64,000 bases of DNA from Octopus sinensis. Its lineage: Eukaryota. This document shows positions 53,440 through 64,000 of the stretch, in pieces (the stretch's first letter is position 1; each line of letters opens with the position of its first letter). The notes below the pieces were generated by a model. It was not told where the DNA came from and ran no database searches. It saw only the letters and a program-made list of their open reading frames with translations. Location: NCBI RefSeq assembly GCF_006345805.1, contig NC_043013.1:2418001-2482000 (forward strand). Direction: 5' to 3'. The position numbers and the translations under genes were made by a program.

Positions 53440-54545
53440 TACAATGTTTCTATGTTCAATTTTTTCAAAGGGGAAGTTCATAATGTATTCACAGTAGGAG
53501 TCCAGTGCTTTAATCTTTTATTTGGTCAAAAGTTGCTTTTGTCTCTGACCAGTGATTCGTCCGCATCGTCAGACTTGTTGGTGGAGTATTCGGCCAGCCT
53601 GAGTTTTCGGCAAAATTCTACTATGTCATTTTTCAATTCAGGGAAGTTTGGACTTTGTGGTCTGGGTGTAAACTTCAGTCCCTTACTTAGAATTTCTATT
53701 TGGGTGTCAGTTAATGATGTTTTTGAAAGGTTAATTGCCTTTGATTTCTCTTGCGTGGGGGCGGGATAATTGTGTCCTGATATTTCTCTGCTTGTGCTAA
53801 AAAAGGAATGTAACTTTGAGTGCGGTTGATATTTGTTGTCAGTCTATTTTGAGTGAGTCTGTAGGGTCATTTTTGGTGATGAGTGTGTTGAGGAGGGGAT
53901 CTGCTGTAGTTGCTATAGTGTTGCAGTCTTATTGGGGTTCTGAGAGGTCTGGGTAGTTTGGGTGGGTCTCTTCCAAAGGCCATTGTGCTTATACTGTAGT
54001 GATTGTGGTTCCCATGGGGGTATGTGTAGATATATATTTTATTAGGGGACCTGATGTAGCTCTCAAGGCTCCGAGTGCACCTCTTCCAAAGTTTAGAGTG
54101 TTTGTGTTATAAGGGTGGTTTATGTTATTTCTGGACCTGGATTTGTGAGAGAAAATTTGGGGAATATGTGTTGTGGTTGGGTGTGGCTTTTCTTCGGTTG
54201 TAGATGGGTGTGTTTGGTTTGGGGGAATTGTGTTTGTGAGTCAGGTGTGTTGTATTTAAGGGTCAGATTTGTTTCTGTAGGATTTTATGTTTTGTTCTTT
54301 TTTTTTTTGCTTTTTATGGAGAACTTCCATCACGCATAGAAAAAAGAATTTATCTGTTTTTTGATGAAGGGGTTGTCTATGGTGTGTATTTTTTGAATTC
54401 CTCTTCGTATTCAAGGAACCACATCTTGCATTTTTCCCATCGTTGGAGAGATATGTTTTTGTTTTTTTTTGAGATATAAGAGGGACATAAGATTTTTTTG
54501 ATGCATTCTTCTTCTATTTGTCGATCAATATCTTTAACAGTAACG
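53440..54545 (-). mobile_element. Penelope-like element, N-terminal ORF remnant
   Basis: Minus strand KAINLSKTSLTDTQIEILSKGLKFTPRPQSPNFPELKNDIVEFCRKLRLAEY is the NLS..LT..LL.KGL.F.P motif typical upstream of Penelope RT. Confidence 0.65.
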
Positions 54546-54825
54546 CCTGTATTTCAAAGGGCCAGCTCTGTCACATTCTGTGTTATGTCGAATCTCCTTG
54601 AGAACTAAGTTAACGGTACTCGTGATTGTGGAGTGCTCAACTTATTGCAAGTTAATTTCACGAGCAGGCTGTTCCGTTGATCAGATCGACTGGAAAGCTC
54701 GTCGTCGTAACCGACGGAGTCCCAGTCATTATTAAGGTAAGATCAACAAAAACAAAATGTATTCCATCCAGTGAGAAATAAATATCATTTAATATACACT
54801 GTATTAAAAATAATATGCATAAAGA

Positions 54826-54985
54826 TACTGGCGTGGCTGTGTGGTAAGTAGCTTGCTTCCCAACCACATGGTTCCGGGTTCAGTCCCACTGCATGGCACC
54901 TTGTGCAAGTGTCTTCTACTATAGCGTCGGGTCGACAAAATCCTTGTGAGAGGATTTGGTGGGCGGAAACTGAAAGAAGTCCGTC

Positions 54986-54990
<5 letters not shown>
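54826..54990 (+). mobile_element. SINE family A head
   Basis: GGCGTGGCTGTGTGGTAAGTAGCTTGCTTCCCAACCACATGGTTCCGGGTTCAGTCCC...GAAACTGAAAGAAG. Confidence 0.85.
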
Positions 54991-55020
<30 letters not shown>

Positions 55021-55023
<3 letters not shown>

Positions 55024-55170
55024 ATATATAAAACTGAATTGCGTTTTTACCGCTTGGTTCGCTTTCAATGCCACTACATCCCGTCCGATTCGCTCCAAAA
55101 TTTACAGGGACATGTAGAATGAGGTGACGATGCGCGTGGGCTACCTTAGAAATCCCTATCTTAAAAGGTG
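55021..55170 (+). mobile_element. Possible Helentron/DINE-1-like non-autonomous element 5' end
   Basis: TCTATATATAAAACTGAA start next to (TA)n, then CCGATTCGCTCCAAAATTTAC, a layout seen in DINE-1/HINE-type elements. Confidence 0.4.
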
Positions 55171-55569
55171 TGGTTGCTAGGGGCCATCTTCCTACCTCAC
55201 CCTATTTCCTCCAGTACTCTGTCACTCCTCTTCATTTGACAATGCAACTACCGTTATTTAATGTAAAGTCTTCCTCAAATCACTCTGTCGCTATTTACTC
55301 TCTTCCAAGAACATTTTCACTCACTCTTATCGCTTACCTTCCTATACATTTTACTCATGTATCTATCAGCGTTCATGGACAGTAACAAATATTACATCGC
55401 CATCCCCATCGCCATCGCATTCTATTGTCTACCTGTCAACACACACACACACACACACATATATTCATATATCTAATATTATATTTTTATTTTTATGTTT
55501 TTGTTTTTGGTTTTTTACTGTTTCATTTCCCTATTAGTGGTTTTATCTCTAATTTAATTTCTACAGCGT

Positions 55570-55622
<53 letters not shown>

Positions 55623-55868
55623 TATGTAGCCCCAGTACACCCGAATGAAATCGGGTTCTCTTCATCAAAATGTGAAAAGGGGTCTACAATTATCATCGCC
55701 ACAACTTATGTATGTCTTCCTCACTCACTCACTCTTTTTCCTAATGATAATTATCATCGCCACCACCAACACCACCAACACACAATCTGGACAATCTTTC
55801 TCTTATAACAAATCATGTTTACATTGCAACGACGTCTGCCACCTCCGCCGTCTCTATTTATTCTGCAA

Positions 55869-56021
55869 ATGACCAGAACTCGGGAAACTTGGTTGAGTGT
55901 TCTATGGTCTATGACCAGAACTCGGGAAACTTGCTTGACTGTTCTATGGTCTATGACCAGAAATCGGGAAACTTGGTTGAGTGTTCTATGGTCTATGACC
56001 AGAACTCGGGAAACTTGGTTG
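55869..56021 (+). repeat. 42-bp minisatellite, ~3.6 copies
   Basis: ATGACCAGAACTCGGGAAACTTGGTTGAGTGTTCTATGGTCT units start at 55869, 55911, 55953 and 55995. Confidence 0.95.
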
Positions 56022-56711
56022 TGTCCTCATCTTATAAAATGTGGCCCCAGTAGACCCAAATTAAATCGGGTTATATTAACCAAAAGGTGAAAAGGGGGTA
56101 TAAATGGGGCTGGAAGGGGATTAAAATTTAAAGGAGCGGGTGTTTAGCAATTCTCTGTTACATCAAGCTAAAAAATTTGCTCCAGCCTTTTAATCGTCAA
56201 TGTGTTGCCGTCCATGATGAAGAAGTTTTGAATGCTTGCCATCGTGAGTCTACTGTCGTGAGAAAGAATCAAGTCAAAACTTGGTTTTTGGGATTTTCTT
56301 TTACATCAAGTTCAAACTTTTACGCCAGCCGTTGAACTGTCAATACGTTGCTGTCCGTCGTTAAGAAATGCCATCCATGGTGACTCTACTATCCTCAAAT
56401 TCTATCCCTTCAAACTTTGGTTTCCAATATTTTATTATTTTTATTCAGCTCGCAAGTTCGTCTGTCCCTTTTAAATGTTAGTGTTTTGCTGTCTGTCTTG
56501 AAGCAGACCTTTCCTTTGTAACTGCCTGATATTTATGATTGATCTTTCTAAATATTTTATTTCTCAACTTACTCAAGATCTTTTGTTGTTTATAATGGGA
56601 GAGAGATACATAAAGATAGAGAGTAAGAGAAAGCGAGGGAGAGTCCGAGAGAAAGGAAGAGTAAGAGAGTGGGAAAGTGAGAGAGAAAGGAGAAAGAAAC
56701 AAAGAGGGAGA

Positions 56712-57030
56712 ATCATCATCATCATCATCATCGTTTAACGTCCGTTTTCCGTGCTAGCACGGGTTGGACAGTTTGACAGGGGTCTGGGAAGCCAGGAGGC
56801 TGCACCAGGCTCCAGTCTGATCTGGCAGTGTTTCGACAGGTGGATGCCCTTCCTAACGCCAACCACTCTGTGAGCGTAGTGGGTGCTTTTTTCGTGCCGC
56901 CTGCACAGGTGCCAGGGGGGTGGGTGGCAGCGGCCACGATCGGTTGGTGCTTTTTACGTGCCACCAGCACAGAAGCCAGTCAAGGCGGCGCTGCAATCCG
57001 CCACGTTCGGATGGTGCTTTTTACGTGCTG
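56712..57030 (-). mobile_element. RTE-type LINE/SINE 3' end (minus), with three internal GGTGCTTTTTACGTGCC repeats
   Basis: (ATC)nGTTTAACGTCCGTTTTCCGTGCTAGCACGGGTTGGAC...GGATGCCCTTCCTAACGCCAACC; homologous to 11152-11314. Confidence 0.72.
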
Positions 57031-57096
57031 AAAGGAAGCAACAGAAAGTAACAACCACACTCTTACCCGCGCGTAGAGCGGGTCACCTTCAGCTAG

Positions 57097-57131
<35 letters not shown>

Positions 57132-57265
57132 ATGTTACCTGTGTGTGTCTTTGTGTCTATGCTTGTTTCCCTCCCATCGCTGCTTGATAACCAGTGATGG
57201 TGTGTTTACGCCCCGTAACCTAGCTATTCGGCAAAAGAGACCGATAGAATAAGTACTAAGCCTAA

Positions 57266-57497
57266 GACGGCGAGCTGGCAGAAACGTTAGCACGCCGGGC
57301 GAAATGCTTAGCGGTATTTCGTCTGCCGTTACGTTCTGAGTTCAAATTCCGCCGAGGTCGACTTTGTCTTTCATCCTTTCGGGGTCGATTAAATAAGTAC
57401 CAGTTACGCACTGGGGTCGATGTAATCGACTTAATCCCTTTGTCCGTCCTTGTTTGTCCCCTCTGTGTTTAGCCCCTTGTGGGTAGTAAAGAAATAA
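57266..57497 (+). mobile_element. tRNA-derived SINE family B, nested in a family A tail
   Basis: GGCGAGCTGGCAGAAACGTTAGC (A-box-like)...GAGTTCAAATTCC (B-box-like)...GGGGTCGATTAAATAAGTACCAGT; flanked by a 19-bp imperfect direct repeat. Confidence 0.88.
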
Positions 57498-57629
57498 GAA
57501 TAAGTAGTAAGCTTAGAAAATAAGTCCTGGAGTCGATTTGTTCGACTTTTCATGGTGGTGCTCCAGCATGGCTGCAGTCTAATGGCTGAAACAAATAAAA
57601 GAATAAAAGAACATATATATATTACATTG

Positions 57630-57668
<39 letters not shown>

Positions 57669-57829
57669 AGGTGAATGGACAGTGAGTACTTGCGTAGTAC
57701 AAGAAAGAATAAAGCATGTAAAAACTGAGCAATATAAGGAGAGAAAGATAGAGATGGAATAAGTCATTGAGTGAGTGAGTGAGTGAATGAATGAGTGAGT
57801 TGATGAATGACTGATGAGTGATGAGTGAC

Positions 57830-58245
57830 TGACAGAGCGTTCGCTACTCTCTCAGCTCGTTTAGTTATGGTGCGTCGTGAAGAGAGAGCGGGAGGGGAGG
57901 GGGAGGAAAAGGGAAAAGAGCAAATGGTCGCGCCGCCGCGCATGGCTGACTGCTGCTGCAGCAGGAGAGTCAGACAATGTTGAGTGGGGGGGAACAGTGA
58001 GAGTGTAAAAAGTTTCACCGACGGAGTGGCAGCAGACAACACAAAGGAGGAGGAGGGGGAGGAGGAGGAGAGATATAGACGACGACGACGACGAAGAAGA
58101 AGTAGCAAAGGGAAATAGTATGAGGAAGTGAGTCAATGAAAAACGAACCCTGAAAACGAGTCGCTCAGCTTCGCAACGAATGTCTTTGCGAACGTGCATC
58201 TATGATGATCGCTTGATTGTGTGTTGGTGAAACGTGTTGGTATGT
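57830..58245 (+). promoter_or_regulatory. CpG-rich non-repetitive island; candidate promoter/first non-coding exon or enhancer
   Basis: Local CpG/GC enrichment (GGTCGCGCCGCCGCGCATGG), purine tracts, and TTG|GTATGT donor-like site at 58240. Confidence 0.3.
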
Positions 58246-58435
58246 CAGTATATAAAGTACTGCGAGTATTTGTATTATATGTTGGCGCGTTTGTATGTGA
58301 GATGTGGTTGTTGTTCTATCATATTTATTATGTATGACATAATACGTTCCAGCATGGATATAGTCTTACTGTAGAGAAGCGAAAGCGAATAAAAATATTC
58401 AGGTATATTATACGTTCTGGTATTAAGCTATGTGC

Positions 58436-58869
58436 ATCTTTTCGGTTTGAACGGCAGTTTTTTAACATAATTTCTAGGTAACTAAAAAATTTTAAACTTC
58501 GTGTAATGGTAGAATGTGTTTATAAAACATCTTTTTCTCTTGGCTTTATTGAGAAAATTCTATACTTTGTAAGATATTTCTTGTTTTTTTCTACAATTTC
58601 TGCAATTTCAACCAATCAATGACGTCTATTGAGGTGAAAATATTCTGTGCCGTATGAATATGTCCCTCGCTTAAGAAACAGATTGGGTTTATTTACATTT
58701 GTGAAGAAAAAAAAAGATACCCTTCTCCCCACCCCTAACCCTAACTAACCCTAACTAACCCTAACCCTAAAACAGATTGAAATGCAATAGATCGATACTA
58801 GGGTCATAATTATGGGTGACAATTCCATATGACACCGCTAGAAAAGACTGCCGTTCAAACCGAAAAGAT
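58436..58869. mobile_element. ~434-bp MITE-like element with ~26-bp TIRs and internal (TAACCC)-like repeats
   Basis: ATCTTTTCGGTTTGAACGGCAGTTTT ... AAAGACTGCCGTTCAAACCGAAAAGAT; the right end recurs at ~40075-40123. Confidence 0.8.
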
Positions 58870-59509
58870 CCCACATACTCATACATATATACTTATATAC
58901 ACTCGCAAACACACGCACACACACACACACACACCACACACACACACACAGCTACTTGACGGTATTCTGTACAGTTTCTTGACTACCAAATTGCATTCAA
59001 TGAATATTCATCAATCGTGTTTATAGTACGCAGGGTGTACCACATGGGGGGATCGAACCCAAGAACTATGTGGTGGCCAATAAGAAACCTAACATTACAT
59101 GTAGATATGTAGTTATGTCACCGAATAGTTGTTGAGTTGTTTTGCACACTCAGGGATTTAATATCTGGCTCAGGAATGCGACGAGCTGTCAGAAACGTTA
59201 GCACGACGGGCGAAGTGCTTAGTGGTACTTCGTCTGCAGTTACGTTCTGAGTTCAAATTCCGCTGAGGTTGATTTTGCCTTTCATCCTTTTAGAGGGCGG
59301 CAAGCTAGCAGAATCGCTAGCACGCCATACTTTCTCAAGACGGGTTGCTTTGTATCCTCTTGTTCCAATAATAACATGTATGAAGCTGAAAGTGTATCTT
59401 GGGTACTGGATATGCAAATTCCTTATTAATGGATCATAAATGTCCCTTTCTCCGGTATTTTTCTAACAATATTCGTTACTAGAGAGCAGCTAATTTCCAT
59501 GTATTTATG

Positions 59510-61668
<2,159 letters not shown>

Positions 61669-61671
61669 TTT

Positions 61672-61696
61672 ATTAATATATTTATTATTATTATTA

Positions 61697-61773
<77 letters not shown>
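61672..61773 (+). repeat. (ATT)n/(TAA)n microsatellite abutting the 3' end of the Dong-like LINE
   Basis: Direct inspection. Confidence 0.95.
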
Positions 61774-61775
<2 letters not shown>

Positions 61776-61777
<2 letters not shown>

Positions 61778-64000
61778 TAGTTTTATTTTTATAGCGTGCT
61801 TTCACTTCACTACCGAGCGCAGCTCTGTGTGCCTTGGGTATGTGCTGTGATTTGTTGTGATGCTCTGATGGTTATTGTATGGAAAGTGTTCTGCGTAGGA
61901 TGTGTGCAGTGCCTAGTAGTGCAATTTTCTGTATGTTATATGTGTTTGTAAGTCCTGGTGTTTTTGTTATGTATTTGTCTGAATATTTTTTTTATCATGC
62001 CTAATGCACCTACTATGATAGGAATTGTTTCTGTTTTCAGATTCCACATTCTAGTTACCTCTATTTCCAGGTCTTTGTATTTTGAGAGTTTCTCCATTTC
62101 TTTTAGAGACACGTTGTCATCTGCCGGTATTGATACATCAATTAGAAAGCATTTTTTTTCTTCATGATCTCTGACAACTATATCTGGTCTGTTGGCCTTA
62201 ATTTCTCTATCTGTGTGTATCGGCATATCCCAAAGTATGGTTGCTTTCTCGTTTTCTGTGACCTTTTCTGGTGTGTGCCTATACCATCTTTTTTCTGTTG
62301 TTATTCCATAATGTTGGCATAGCTTCCAATGTATATAGGTTCCAACTCTGTCATGTCTGTGAATATATTCCTTTCTATCCAGGACTGGGCAGCCAGAGAT
62401 AATATGATTTATTGTTTCTTGTCCATCTCCACATATTCTGCAGTTACTTGTAATATTTCTTTTCATTACACGTTTTTGGTAATTTCTGGTGGGGAGGCTT
62501 TGGTCTTGTGCTGCAATTAAAAATCCCTCTGTTTCTGCTTTGAGTCCTGAGCTTCTCAACCATTGCTGGGATTTTTCTTTGTCTATTTCTTTTGCGTTTA
62601 GTTTAGTGCAGTATTTACCATGAAGGGGCTTTTCTTGCCATCGTTTTATCATGGTTCGTTGCTGTTCTATTTTTAGTTTGGATTTCATTTGTTTTATATC
62701 TTTTGTTGTTTCTTCAGCATCTTCTTCTTCTTCTTCTTCGTGTTTATTAGGTGATATGATTTCTTGTTTGTATTTGTCAGCTTCCTTAAATACTGAGAAC
62801 AGTTTTTTGTTTTGCTCGTGTTTTGCTGCTATCTGGATCAGTTTTCCTTCCTTCTGAAGTAGGTATTTTTGCAGTCCTATGGTGGTTATTTTATAGTAGT
62901 TTTCCAGCTGTATAAGGCCTCTACCACCTTCTATACGTTGTATATATAGTCTTTCTATGTCAGATTTTGGGTGATGCATCCTAGATCCTGTCAGTATTTT
63001 TCTTGTTTTCCTATCTATTTTGACAGTTCATTTCGTGTCCAGTTAAGGATATTGTAGCTGTAACTTATAACTGGGACAGCTAAAGTGTTGATACCTATTA
63101 TCTTGTTTTTAGCATTGAGCTCTGTTTTTAGTATTGATCTAACTCGTCTATAATATTCTTTTTTTATTTTCTCTTTCATTTGTGTGTGTTGTGTCTTATC
63201 TAGTTCATGGATTCCTAAGTATTTGTAAGTTTGGCTTTGGTCTAATTCTTTTATTTCATTGGTTTTATCTAGTGTGATGTTGTTACTCTTAACTAGTTTT
63301 CCTCTTTTCAGGTTACTTTGGCGCATTTTTCTAATCCAAATTTCATATCTATTTCTTTGGTAAATCCATGAACTGTCTTTAATAGTGTTTCCAGCTGTTT
63401 GTCATTTGCAGCGTATAGTTTTAGGTCATCCATATATAAAAGGTGGCTGATCATTTTGCCGTAACATTTATATCCGCATCCAGTTCTATTTAGCATATCA
63501 GATAGAGGTGACAGTGCCAAGCAGAAAAGGAGTGAGAGAGCGTATCTCCCTGGAATATTCCTCTTCTAATGGGGATGTCTTTGGTTTTCATGAGTCCCTC
63601 TTTTGTTTGGAGGTGTAGGACTGTTTGCCATTTATTCATAGAGTGCTCTATGAATTTTATGATTGTTGGTGCTACTTTGTTAATGGCTAGTGTTTCGAGG
63701 ATCCATGTGGGGGGATGCTATCAAACACCTTTTTGTAGTCAATCCAGGCCATACTGAGGCCTTTCTTCTTTCTGTGGCTGTCTTCAGTTACGGCTTTATT
63801 AATCATTAGTTGATCTTTACAGCCATATGAGCCCTTGCGGCATCCTTTCTGCTCTTCTGGGAACAGTTTGTTTTCGTCCAGGTGCTTGTTCAGCCTTTGC
63901 GATATCACTGCAGTAAATGCCTTGAACATAGTAGGGAGGCAGGTTATTGGTCTGTAGTTTTCTGGTTTTGTTGTTTCATTTGATTTGGGAATTAAGATGG
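61776..64000 (-). mobile_element. Dong/R4-clade non-LTR retrotransposon: 3' part with reverse transcriptase, CCHC knuckle and restriction-like endonuclease; continues beyond the window
   Basis: Motifs ENYRPITCLPT, EEQKGCRKGSYGCKDQL, WIDYKKVFDS, GIFQGD, HLLYMDDLKLYA, YKYLG, CRICGDGQETINHIISGC, RHDRV, NRPDIVV..IDVSIP..KLSKYKDL, and terminal ALLGTAHILRRTLSIQ* (stop 61872-61874). Short 3' UTR then (TAA)n. Confidence 0.92.

Noticed and set aside
55869-56021. CRISPR-like array
   Set aside because: No unique spacers, eukaryotic context, no cas genes.
55815-56090. ORF with MTRTRETWLSVLWS repeats
   Set aside because: Open only because the 42-bp unit is a multiple of three; no coding evidence.

Overview
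Eukaryotic, AT-rich, microsatellite- and transposon-dense DNA. The SINE families and repeat landscape resemble octopus/coleoid cephalopod DNA (inference, not a database result). One host gene is recognisable: the first coding exon of a Ski/SnoN-family TGF-beta/Smad co-repressor on the minus strand (35113..33938). It encodes the N-terminal R-Smad-binding motif, a long low-complexity linker and the Dachshund-homology domain, and ends at a GTAAG donor. No SAND-domain exon was found in the ~33.9 kb downstream, so 1..33937 is probably intron. The rest is mobile DNA: at least four short retroposon families, RTE, HERO/NeSL-like, Tx1/L1-like and Dong/R4-like LINEs, Penelope-like fragments, and mariner, Tigger/pogo, hAT and Helentron-like DNA elements. 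The most notable signals are (i) seven dispersed short repeats with minimal type-I hammerhead-ribozyme architecture, several abutting microsatellites, and (ii) a Dong/R4-like LINE whose only visible lesions are five single-base frameshifts at short nucleotide runs. Almost all ORFs in the supplied track are microsatellite or antisense artefacts. Coordinates of decayed repeats are approximate, read by eye.
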